Virus record (IMG/VR): IMGVR_UViG_3300050343_000182 | Length of the DNA stretch: 64,000 nt | Direction: 5' to 3' (one strand) | Source: a virus | In this document: one piece after another, positions 19,701 to 26,790 of the stretch | Layout of the letters: each line of letters starts with the position of its first letter | Numbering within the stretch: the first letter of the stretch is position 1 | Program-made: the position numbers and the translations under genes | The notes under the pieces: generated by a model | What the model saw: the letters and a program-made list of their open reading frames with translations, nothing else | The model's database searches: none | What the model was told of the DNA's origin: nothing

Positions 19701-20808
19701 TCTGATCACAGGTGGCACTGGTATCACTGCTACATATGATGATGCAGGTAATATCCTGACACTGAGTGCAACTCAGGGTGACATCAACACCGACAACATC
19801 ACAGAAGGATCTACTGCCCTATTCACCACTGCTGCACGCACAAGGTCACACTTCACGTATGGCACTGGTATTACACATAGTAGTGGCACCCTATCTGTTA
19901 CCCAATCTGATATTGATACTGATAATGTCACAGAAGGATCCACAAACATCTTCTTTACTGAGTCTCGCGCTAGGGGTGCATTTAGTGCTGGTGGTGACCT
20001 GTCTTATAACGCTAGCACTGGCGCGTTTAGTGTAACCACATTTACGACTGCTAATGCTCGTGGCGCTGTAAGTGCTGGTGGCGATCTGTCTTATAACGGT
20101 AGCACTGGCGTCTTCTCTTATACCACACCTGACTCGGATGGTATTACTGAGGGAAGCACCAATCTTTATCACACTTCTGGTCGTGTTGATACTCGTATCG
20201 CACTTCAAGTTGGTGCAAACCTTGACCTGTCTAATCAGGACACTGGTGATCTGGCAGAGGGCACTAACCTCTACTACACCAACGCTCGTGCTGATGCTCG
20301 TGCCTCAGCAGCCATCACCGCTTTGGGTCTTGGATCTGCTGCTACAACAGCATCTACTGATTATGCAACTGCTGCACAGGGCGCACTCGCTGCTTCTGCT
20401 ACTCAACCAGGAGATCTAGGCACTGCTGCTACTACTGCTGCAACTGATTATGCCACTGCCGCCCAAGGCACACTTGCTGCCTCTGCTACACAACCAGGAG
20501 ATCTGGCAACTGTAGCAACCAGTGGTTCTTACAATGATCTTACTAACCTGCCTTCGCTCTTCTCTGGAGCATACGCTGATCTGACTGGCAAACCTACATT
20601 ATTCTCTGGTGCATATGCTGACCTGACTGGCAAACCTACTCTGGGTACTGCTGCTGCAACTGCTTCTACTGATTATGCTACTGCTGCACAAGGCACAACT
20701 GCTGACTCTGCACTACAAGCAGAGACTATTACCCTCACAACTCTCAAGTCCGTCGCCGCGGCTGCTGCTGATTTCGCAGCATTCCAGGCTGCAATCGCTG
20801 CTCTCTGA
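13771..20808 (+). CDS. Long repeat-rich tail fibre-like protein (Mtd_N-like N-terminus)
   Basis: MANRIQLRRD..W..NPILAQGELGIEIDT.RIKIGDGVTAWNSL is the Mtd_N/hyaluronidase-type fibre N-terminus; body is Thr/Gly/Asp beta repeats. Confidence 0.8.
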   Translation: MANRIQLRRDGAQQWANVNPILAQGELGIEIDTSRIKIGDGVTAWNSLRYERPIETESNTANTLVKRDADGNFEAGAITASLVGNSATATRLANARQIALGGDMSGAGTFDGSSNLTITAELNYVVALPHYDENDLAATGTYTRITVDSRGRIIDAETPGTLAEYGIGDAQPLDSDLTSLADMAGFGFISRQAEGTLVNRTITGGSGRVIVNNGNAQTNNPFIDLADTTVVVGKYNTLNSMDPLVNPLISATTGEETVNTVNFQVDRYGRLVYANTSPIATATEGAKDGTSFTNYDNATAYPRFSKVIATNGRVYQAAIRDIGSGLGEPSHNIQGGDADDQGGWRDLGTDTVEQKGLASFDQEDFNVDANGHVTIAANAIENSQLQSLGHLMFTDQNATETFELDPERTTDNAYHGITKLNHINVNNRTGGSVFRIVGYDTGEYPFQPGVLGQGNSYPAIAADDANGNGSATSGSSLTGLVDVNLDATISGNITLDVTKADQFIKRTSGNLEIALEVNEATNRSMDINVTNAGSGDATLNITSDQDITIAVTDVDHRVNIEDFHIQDNVISTTNAIMVLDPNDDDDLTGTVRIRGDLTVDGVTTTVNSTVVTIQDPIMTLGGEDTLLTDDNKDRGIEFRYYDSQERFGFYGWDEDYADSNIWSGTGGYRFLYNATNASEVYSGTDAPIIAGNLRLTTDTSSTWKTPTTGTLVVTGGTGISENLNVGGTTHLNGNVEIDGTVDIDANFAVRNNTTDKFTIESATGNTVIEGTLDIQLETEITDNLILTADNKEFIIRTAGSVNKFTVDSDNGNTDVQGTLHVVQGVDFDSTLNVDSNVTFNAELDVDDDVVFHNDFLMDVTGKYFTITNGSNQTFRILSTNGNTDIEGSLNVGGVNTFERTNNITIGETDSDITLSSGGNATFAGGVNMDKDLRVGGDIYLADRLVVKDAGTARTRPSLLNNVDVLYRTYLGGGTAHNASFANDADAQLRVAGGVGIVQDLHVGDDFYVGKVATNDNVEFSILGESGYTTIGRVGQGNATDGAILVHGYATFNEQFTINGPLTTIGDANTDVLTVNAVSTFTDNVTINGDFDIDGNAIIEGNLTVNGVTTTVNSTVVTLDDPVITLGGDTAPTQSDAKDRGVEFRYYDSTARVGFFGWDVSAARYALYHNATNSSEAFSGSRSGLDAGSIKLFDTTNATSASSGTLIVGGGVGIGLDLYVGDDLVVTDDGSFGGNVDITGTLDVTDDFAVSTVFTVDAQTGNTFANGTFNVNGNAQIGNQSGDSHTVNGTVQFNQALTAAERLNIRDLKVGTDAANEIGTSSGNLILDSAAGTVNITDNADVDGDLNVDGNTQIDGTLTVDGNATIGNQAGDNHIVTGTVTFNQAITSTDITADAIQIGVDANNEISTTTGNLILDSADGKVHITDNAEVDGNLQVDSNTTLGDASGDTLTVNATSTFNAPITSTDITADAVRIGVAASNEIDTTAGNLVLDSAGGSVDITDNATVSGTLVVSDQVTVNDTLLIDATNENFVIRSSLVDRFTVDTDNGNTFIAGTTQIEGLLTVNDNIDHNGNQDTSGTLTVGGRTELNGIVDVDADFAVRSGTTDKFTVTSATGNFATVGNGSITGTLAVTNTAAFAEKVTLSANETANRLTANAALMVPNGGIAVYEDSYFGQDVFIGPDQNETITLFGATGNITADGTITSSVVAATTANIATVNTTSNVNVGGSILVNTNKFIVQGSTGNVTVAGTLDVAGRAIIDDTLQVTQNVDFDSDLNVDGDQQLDGTLTVDSTSLFKDNVVLRGATKTLKLQNGSGTDKITLNSTSGNAEITGLGTLGSLDVTNNTTMGGTLGVTGQITGNVTGDLTGTADKSNLVDVTETATSNLTYFPTFVSATSGHTEVRTDSSNLTYNPSTNTLQVTNFKSVTDFEIQGNLNVTGALTFFQSQVGSIANHDTDALTEGTSNLYFTDERVDDRVNALITGGTGITATYDDAGNILTLSATQGDINTDNITEGSTALFTTAARTRSHFTYGTGITHSSGTLSVTQSDIDTDNVTEGSTNIFFTESRARGAFSAGGDLSYNASTGAFSVTTFTTANARGAVSAGGDLSYNGSTGVFSYTTPDSDGITEGSTNLYHTSGRVDTRIALQVGANLDLSNQDTGDLAEGTNLYYTNARADARASAAITALGLGSAATTASTDYATAAQGALAASATQPGDLGTAATTAATDYATAAQGTLAASATQPGDLATVATSGSYNDLTNLPSLFSGAYADLTGKPTLFSGAYADLTGKPTLGTAAATASTDYATAAQGTTADSALQAETITLTTLKSVAAAAADFAAFQAAIAAL
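17593..18300 (+). repeat. Three tandem ~70-90-aa repeat units in the fibre
   Basis: IGNQ(S/A)GD.H.V.GTV.FNQA....NEI.T..GNL.LDSA.G.V.ITDNA recurs three times. Confidence 0.75.
19627..20300 (+). repeat. Five TD.(I/L/V)TEGSTNL(Y/F) repeats
   Basis: TDALTEGTSNLYFT, TDNITEGSTALFT, TDNVTEGSTNIFFT, SDGITEGSTNLYHT, TGDLAEGTNLYYT. Confidence 0.75.
20329..20720 (+). repeat. 87-nt and 42-nt tandem repeats at the fibre C-terminus
   Basis: LG(S/T)AATTA(S/A)TDYATAAQG(A/T)LAASATQPGD at 20329-20415 and 20416-20502, partial third copy from 20641; LFSGAYADLTGKPT at 20557-20598 and 20599-20640. Confidence 0.85.
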
Positions 20809-20814
20809 TAACAA

Positions 20815-21615
20815 ATGGCAAAACCTACTTCCAAAGCAGAATTAAAGGAGTATTGCCTCCGTAGACTGGGTAAACCAGTCTTGGAGATTAATGTCTCTGA
20901 CGATCAGGTCGATGATGCTATCGATTACACTCTGCAAAAATTCCAACAGTTTCATTATGATGGATGTGAAAAAGTTTATCTGAAACATCTGTTGACACAG
21001 GATGTCATCGACAGAGCAAAGACCAACACAAACTCAACGTCTGATGGTGGTAATGACATCTGGGCAGAGGCAAATGGGTATATTGAAATGCCCGAGCATA
21101 TTCTTTCAGTAGAAGGTCTCTTCGGTTTCACCGATAAGGGCACCAGGAATATGTTTGATATTCGTTATCAGATGAGACTGAATGATCTGTATGACTTCAC
21201 GTCTACTCAGTTCTATAATTACTACATGGTCCAGCAGCACCTGGAAACTATTGACTTCCTGTTGGAAGGCATGAAACCAGTTAGATATAGTGCTGTGCAA
21301 GACAGATTGTATATTGACTTTGATTGGAGAGCAGATGCTTTGGTTGGTCAGTATATTGTTATCCACGCATATCGTGCTCTGAATCCAGACACATGGACTG
21401 AGATTTACGATCAGATGTGGGTCAAGGATTATGCTTCCGCTAAGATTAAAAAGCAATGGGGAAGCAATATGACTAAATTTACTGGAGTGCAAATGCCAGG
21501 TGGTGTGTCTCTAAATGGTGAGATGATTTATAACGATGCTGTAGATGAGCTCAAGACACTAGAAGAGCAACTACGTACAGAATGGGAATTACCACCTCTA
21601 GATATGATCGGATAA
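20815..21615 (+). CDS. g13: Neck protein gp13
   Basis: LKEYCLRRLGKPVLEINV, KKQWGSNMTKFTGVQMPGGVSLNG. Confidence 0.9.
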   Translation: MAKPTSKAELKEYCLRRLGKPVLEINVSDDQVDDAIDYTLQKFQQFHYDGCEKVYLKHLLTQDVIDRAKTNTNSTSDGGNDIWAEANGYIEMPEHILSVEGLFGFTDKGTRNMFDIRYQMRLNDLYDFTSTQFYNYYMVQQHLETIDFLLEGMKPVRYSAVQDRLYIDFDWRADALVGQYIVIHAYRALNPDTWTEIYDQMWVKDYASAKIKKQWGSNMTKFTGVQMPGGVSLNGEMIYNDAVDELKTLEEQLRTEWELPPLDMIG

Positions 21616-21616
21616 G

Positions 21617-22498
21617 ATGGCTACTAACAGTTACTTTAGTCAAGGCACAACAGGAGAGCAAGATCTCGTAGGAGATCTAGTGGTCGAGCAGATCAAGATG
21701 TTCGGTAAGGATGTTTACTATGTCCCGAGGACGTTGGTTAATGAAGATACTGTTTTTGGAGAAGATACCTTATCAAAATTTGATGGTGCATATCTTCTAG
21801 AAGCATACATCGAAGATGCCAATGGGTTTCGTGGCGATGGTGACATGTTTAGCAAATTCGGAGTCAGAATCTCCGACCAAGTTACATTCATTATTTCACG
21901 CACTAGGTTTACTGAAGTAGTAGACGACAACCACACACTTATAGTAGAAGGACGACCCAATGAAGGTGACCTCATTCATTTCCCCCTTGCTAACAAAACT
22001 TTTGAGATCCAATTCGTCGAGCATGAAATTCCCTTCTATCAACTCGGAAAGATTCATGTCTGGGGTTTACGTTGTGAGCTCTTTGAATACTCTGACGAAG
22101 ACTTCGATACAGGAGTCGCAGAAGTCGATGCTATCGAGCTCAACTTTGCCAACGCTATCACCGTCACATTATTGGCAGGTGGGTCAGGAGACTTTACCGT
22201 TGGTGAGACTGTTACGGGCGGTACCTCCAACACCACAGCTGATGTTAAATCGTGGGATGCTAGTACTGGTAAGTTAATCGTCATCAATCGTGACGGTAGA
22301 TTTACAATTCCTGAGACCATCACTGGAGATGTGTCTAGTGCATCCTGGACAAGTGCTAATTACAACACCATAAATAATGTGAATACTTCTGACACTATCG
22401 ATACTAACCAAATTATCGAGACACAGGCAGATGGCATTCTGGACTTTACTGAGGTTAATCCCTTCGGTGAGTTTGGTAATTCTGGAGGCACTCTGTAA
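21617..22498 (+). CDS. g14: Neck protein gp14
   Basis: EQIKMFGKDVYYVPR, GRPNEGDLIHFP, LRCELFEYSDE, DFTEVNPFG. Confidence 0.9.
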   Translation: MATNSYFSQGTTGEQDLVGDLVVEQIKMFGKDVYYVPRTLVNEDTVFGEDTLSKFDGAYLLEAYIEDANGFRGDGDMFSKFGVRISDQVTFIISRTRFTEVVDDNHTLIVEGRPNEGDLIHFPLANKTFEIQFVEHEIPFYQLGKIHVWGLRCELFEYSDEDFDTGVAEVDAIELNFANAITVTLLAGGSGDFTVGETVTGGTSNTTADVKSWDASTGKLIVINRDGRFTIPETITGDVSSASWTSANYNTINNVNTSDTIDTNQIIETQADGILDFTEVNPFGEFGNSGGTL

Positions 22499-23295
22499 TG
22501 CTAGGCACTTACACATATCACGAAATTATAAGAAAGACAGTTGTCGGATTCGGCACACTGTTTAATAACATTGAGCTTCGTCGCACTAAGGGATCGAAGA
22601 CTGAAGTTATGAAGGTGCCTCTGGCGTATGGTCCTAAGCAAAAATTCTTGGCACGTCTCCGTCAAGTAGGTGACTTGTCTACACAAGATCAGGCACAGAT
22701 CACACTCCCTAGAGTTTCGTTTGAGATCGGTGGTATCTCTTATGATCCTACTAGGAAGTTGTCACCTATCTCTGCGATCAGAAATACTAAGACTGACGGC
22801 ACTAATACAAAGGCATTCATGCCTGTGCCATACAATATCAATTTTGAATTAGCAATCCTTGCAAAGAATCAGGATGACTCTCTGCAAATCCTAGAGCAGA
22901 TTCTTCCATACTTCCAACCAAGTTTTAACCTCACCATGAATCTGGTCCCAGATCTCGGTGAGAAAAGAGACTATCCTGTGACTCTCACATCAGTAGATTA
23001 TAGTGATGAATATGAGGGTGACTATGACACTCGCCGCACACTTGTATATACCCTACAATTCGTCGCTAAGACATACCTGTACGGTCCTGTAGGCGACGCA
23101 AGTGGCGAAGTCATCAAGAAAGTCCAGGTGGACTATGCAACTACTGTGGACCGTCAGGCACCACGGGAATTGCGTTATACCGTCCAACCAGATCCGCTCA
23201 ATGCAGATCCTACAGACGATTTTGGATTCTCCGAGTTCTCATCTCATTATGTCGATGCAAAAGATTACAACCCAGTCACAGGACAAGACGAGTAA
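22498..23295 (+). CDS. g15: Tail sheath stabiliser/terminator gp15
   Basis: YHEIIRKTVVGFGTLFN, VPLAYGPKQKFLAR, LPRVSFE, QILEQILPYFQP. Confidence 0.9.
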   Translation: MLGTYTYHEIIRKTVVGFGTLFNNIELRRTKGSKTEVMKVPLAYGPKQKFLARLRQVGDLSTQDQAQITLPRVSFEIGGISYDPTRKLSPISAIRNTKTDGTNTKAFMPVPYNINFELAILAKNQDDSLQILEQILPYFQPSFNLTMNLVPDLGEKRDYPVTLTSVDYSDEYEGDYDTRRTLVYTLQFVAKTYLYGPVGDASGEVIKKVQVDYATTVDRQAPRELRYTVQPDPLNADPTDDFGFSEFSSHYVDAKDYNPVTGQDE

Positions 23296-23704
23296 GTATG
23301 ACGGCATTGAGGAAGCACTCGATGTCGCTAGCGAAATCGTCCCTGAAGCAAAACCCGAACCTATTGTGCCTGTAGAGAATCCCGTCTCTACTCAGGATCA
23401 ACTGAAGAAAGACTATGAGTATACTCGTGGCAATCTATACTCCCTGATTGAAAAAGGTCAGGAAGCAGTAGATGGAATTCTTGAGTTAGCACAACAATCC
23501 GATCAACCTCGTGCGTTTGAGGTTGCTGGTCAATTGATCAAGCACGTTGGCGACGTGGCGGACAAACTCGTAGACCTTCAAAAGAAAGTCAACGATATCG
23601 AAAATCCCAAAAAATCTAAAGAAGTTAACACTACAAACAATACCATGTTTGTAGGTAGCACAGCAGATCTCGCCAAGTTTCTAAAACAACAACGCGATAA
23701 ATAG
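23249..23704 (+). CDS. g16: Terminase small subunit gp16 (start uncertain)
   Basis: DYEYTRGNLYSLIEKGQEAVDGILELA..PRAFEVAGQLIK, NNTMFVGSTADL. Confidence 0.85.
   Translation: MSMQKITTQSQDKTSKYDGIEEALDVASEIVPEAKPEPIVPVENPVSTQDQLKKDYEYTRGNLYSLIEKGQEAVDGILELAQQSDQPRAFEVAGQLIKHVGDVADKLVDLQKKVNDIENPKKSKEVNTTNNTMFVGSTADLAKFLKQQRDK
23696..23703 (+). promoter_or_regulatory. T4-type late promoter variant (GATAAATA)
   Basis: Overlaps g16 stop, 25 nt before the first island ORF. Confidence 0.55.
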
Positions 23705-23727
23705 AATCGTAGGAGTACGTATTAACA

Positions 23728-24261
23728 ATGTCAGTATTAAATGTCATTGACACCCAAACCATTTCTGCAAGTGGCAGTGGCTACGTTGTGGTGAAGTCAG
23801 GTGTCCTCCGCTGCTATGCAGCATCAGCGTCCACTATCAAGATTGATGCTGGTCCTGCCGTAACACTTGCAGCAGGTGAAGCACTGCTCCTGTCTTGCGG
23901 TAAGGCAAAGAATGCACAAATCAACGCGATGACTGATGCAGCAGCTGCTGTTATCACCGTCCTTGGTGGTGGCACCCCCGCACATAAGTTTGCTGTTGGA
24001 GATTATATCGCAACTGAAGCAAATAGTGATGCAGCGTTTACAAGTGATTTTGTATCTGCTGGATCTGGTGGTAAGAAAGTAACTGCGGTTTCAAATACCA
24101 CAATCACTACTGACTATGACAGTAGTGCAGCAAGTGCTGATTATGCCCTGGGTACTGCAAAGGTTGCAGCAGGCACTGTCCCCGCACTTAAGCGTGCAGT
24201 TAAACTCACTGCTGGAGGAGCCGACGTTGTAGTCGAGCAAGTCCAAGTGGTTGGTGGTTGA
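23728..24261 (+). CDS. Hypothetical protein, probably structural
   Basis: 177-aa Ala/Val/Thr/Gly-rich ORF after a late-promoter motif. Confidence 0.65.
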   Translation: MSVLNVIDTQTISASGSGYVVVKSGVLRCYAASASTIKIDAGPAVTLAAGEALLLSCGKAKNAQINAMTDAAAAVITVLGGGTPAHKFAVGDYIATEANSDAAFTSDFVSAGSGGKKVTAVSNTTITTDYDSSAASADYALGTAKVAAGTVPALKRAVKLTAGGADVVVEQVQVVGG

Positions 24262-24288
24262 TCACACTAATTAAATACAGAGAAGCAC

Positions 24289-26403
24289 ATGAAATCCTTT
24301 TCACAAATCGCTGCCCTCAGTGAGGAAGACTACGACAAGATGAAAGACCGCCAACTAGAGCGTGGTGGTATGGGAGCTCGTAGTAGTAAAGCACCTATTG
24401 GTAAACCAAATACGTTTGGTAAGAAACCTGCAGGTAAAACTCCTCTACAGAAAGATGCAGATAAGAAGTATGGTGCTGGCACCTCTGCAATAGACAGAGT
24501 AAAGGCAGACATCACTGCTAAGTATGGCAAGGGTGCCATCATGAAGACTAAGAAAGAAGAGACTGACCTGGGAGAAGGTAAGAAAGGTCTCTGGGACAAC
24601 ATTCATGCCAAGCGTAAGCGTGGTGAAGCACCTGCTAAGAAAGGATCTAAGGACTATCCTAAGACTCTCGAAGTGGAAGGTTATGCTCCTGGTGACGTTG
24701 ACCAGAAGGTTGGCGCAGTAACTGCTATTCCTAAGAAGGATCAGGATGATGCAAAGGCACGCATCCTTGCTAAGACTAAGGCAAAGAGAGCTGCCAAACT
24801 ACAGAAAGAAAGTGTCTTCGATCAAGTTGACATCTTTGCTGAGTTGAATGATTGGGAGGTCTCACTCCTTAGCGATACTCTTATTGAAGAGATCGTGGCA
24901 GAAGTCTTCGTTGAGGAGATGGCAGAAGGTAGAGATATTGATCACGTCACAGAGATGCTCTGTGAGTCTGTTGACTATTCACTGAGTTTACTCACTGAGG
25001 TTACCAGTCCTGCTAAGGTCAATGCTCTTCGCTTGAAGGACAAAGCATCTGCTGCTTCTGGTGAAGGACAAAGTGCTGGCAAGGATGCTGGTGCTGAAGC
25101 AAGGAGTCGTATCGGAAGTGGTTCTTCATCTAGATCCGATAAACTTGCCAAGGTTAAGAGTGCTGCTCAGAAGGTTGGGTCTGCACTGAAGTCTGGTCTT
25201 AAGACTGGCGCTAAACTGGCACGCAAAGGTGCTGTCAAGGGTGCTGAAGTTGCTGGTAAGGCAGCAGGACACGCGAAAAATCTCGCGAAAGACATGGGTA
25301 GTGCCGCTAAGAGTGGTTACAAGTCCACCCAATCGTCTTCCCCTTCTAAGGATTCTGAGACTACCTCTTCTAATCCCACTACGTCATCTTCTGATTCTTC
25401 CTCTAGCAGCAGTGACTCCTCTTCTAGCAGCAGCGATTCAGGTCCTAAGAAGCCTGGTCTGCTCAGCAGAATTGGTAGCAAACTGAAGCGTGGTATTAAG
25501 AAAGCAGTTGGTGCTGGTGCGAGATCCCTTTCCCGTGGTGCTCGTGGAGTAGCACGCAGAATGGGTGAATCTGTTATTGTCGAGCGTGGTGACCATTGGC
25601 ATCCAGATCCTGAGCAGGATCGTAAGTTGGGTGGTCCTGGTGCTAATGCTCGTGCTCGTGAAGATCGTGCTGATGCAGCAAAACCTAAGACAGATCCTAA
25701 GAAACTGAAGAAGGGTGAGTCCTACATGGACTACTCCAAGCGTCAGAAGGCAGCAAGGTCTGGCACTGCTACTAGCAGATTGAATAAGTTGGGTGCTAAC
25801 ATCAAACCCAAAGAGCGTAAGCGCGACAAGATCGGTAAGGCAATCGGTAAAGCACTCGATAAGATCGGTGGTATCAAGCGTGAGGAAGTGACTACACTTT
25901 CATTCAGTGCATTCCTTGCAGAAGGTAATGCTACTGGTCGCATGATGCAGAAGTCAAAGACTCAGGTTACTGGACACATCAGTGCTGATAGAGGGTCTGA
26001 CGAAAAAAAGAACCGTGCGGGTCGTAAAGGACTCGAAAAGGATCTAAAGAAGCATGGCATCGGACACAAGAAAGGTGTCGGTGAGTATAAGTATGACAGT
26101 GGAGAAACTGGACGCGAAGTGTCCTATCAGACCTCAAAACCTGATAAGATGAGTAAGCGCAGATTCGGTAAAGTTATGCGTCGCATGGGACGCAAGCACG
26201 GGCAAGAATCCGTGATCACCAAGGACAAGGACAAGTCTGCTAAACTTCACTATACTGAGAAGGGCAGTAAGGCAAAGTCTGATTCTATTGGTAAGACCAA
26301 AGCAGGCAAACATCCCGAAGGGTATGGCGAAACCTCTGGCACCAAAGCTAGAAGTGGCAAACTACCTAAGAAAACTACTAAAGGAGCTTATCATTATGGC
26401 TGA
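24289..26403 (+). CDS. Putative internal-head polyprotein with C-terminal SAM-lyase-like domain
   Basis: 704 aa; Lys-rich modules bounded by L/I-X-E sites; C-terminal ISADR...GEY...REVS...GQESV pattern. Confidence 0.6.
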   Translation: MKSFSQIAALSEEDYDKMKDRQLERGGMGARSSKAPIGKPNTFGKKPAGKTPLQKDADKKYGAGTSAIDRVKADITAKYGKGAIMKTKKEETDLGEGKKGLWDNIHAKRKRGEAPAKKGSKDYPKTLEVEGYAPGDVDQKVGAVTAIPKKDQDDAKARILAKTKAKRAAKLQKESVFDQVDIFAELNDWEVSLLSDTLIEEIVAEVFVEEMAEGRDIDHVTEMLCESVDYSLSLLTEVTSPAKVNALRLKDKASAASGEGQSAGKDAGAEARSRIGSGSSSRSDKLAKVKSAAQKVGSALKSGLKTGAKLARKGAVKGAEVAGKAAGHAKNLAKDMGSAAKSGYKSTQSSSPSKDSETTSSNPTTSSSDSSSSSSDSSSSSSDSGPKKPGLLSRIGSKLKRGIKKAVGAGARSLSRGARGVARRMGESVIVERGDHWHPDPEQDRKLGGPGANARAREDRADAAKPKTDPKKLKKGESYMDYSKRQKAARSGTATSRLNKLGANIKPKERKRDKIGKAIGKALDKIGGIKREEVTTLSFSAFLAEGNATGRMMQKSKTQVTGHISADRGSDEKKNRAGRKGLEKDLKKHGIGHKKGVGEYKYDSGETGREVSYQTSKPDKMSKRRFGKVMRRMGRKHGQESVITKDKDKSAKLHYTEKGSKAKSDSIGKTKAGKHPEGYGETSGTKARSGKLPKKTTKGAYHYG

Positions 26404-26521
26404 AACTAAGAAGTGTCGTTACTGTGGCATCACGGTGCCTGTTGGACACCAGCGTCCTAAGACGTGGTTAGAAAAGCATGAGAAGAATTGTGCTAACAAC
26501 CCTGACAATGTAGAAGAATGA
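26396..26521 (+). CDS. Small C2HC zinc-finger-like protein (41 aa)
   Basis: AAGGAG upstream; MAETKKCRYCG...KHEKNCANNP. Confidence 0.55.
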   Translation: MAETKKCRYCGITVPVGHQRPKTWLEKHEKNCANNPDNVEE

Positions 26522-26787
26522 AATCCTTTAATGAATTCATTACTGAAGACTGGCAGAAAAAGTCAGGTAAAAACTCTGAAGGAGGACTAAATGAAAAAGG
26601 ACGGAAGTCGTATGAGCGTGAAAACCCAGGAAGCGATCTTAAGGCACCTTCAAAAAAAGTTGGGAACCCTCGTAGAAAGAGTTTTTGTGCGCGAATGAGC
26701 GGGATGAAGAGGAAACTCACATCTAAGAAGACAGCGAGCGATCCAGATAGTAGAATAAATAAATCACTGAGAGCTTGGAATTGCTAG
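26518..26787 (+). CDS. Basic protein with capsid-targeting-like N-terminus
   Basis: MKSFNEFITE resembles T4 internal-protein leader MKTYQEFIAE; remainder is Lys/Arg rich (RRKSFCARM...SLRAWNC). Confidence 0.7.
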   Translation: MKSFNEFITEDWQKKSGKNSEGGLNEKGRKSYERENPGSDLKAPSKKVGNPRRKSFCARMSGMKRKLTSKKTASDPDSRINKSLRAWNC

Positions 26788-26790
26788 ATC

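Noticed and set aside
19627-20720. CRISPR-like or DGR-like repeat array
   Set aside because: Repeats are in-frame peptide repeats with no unique spacers, no adenine-specific variation and no reverse transcriptase or cas gene nearby.
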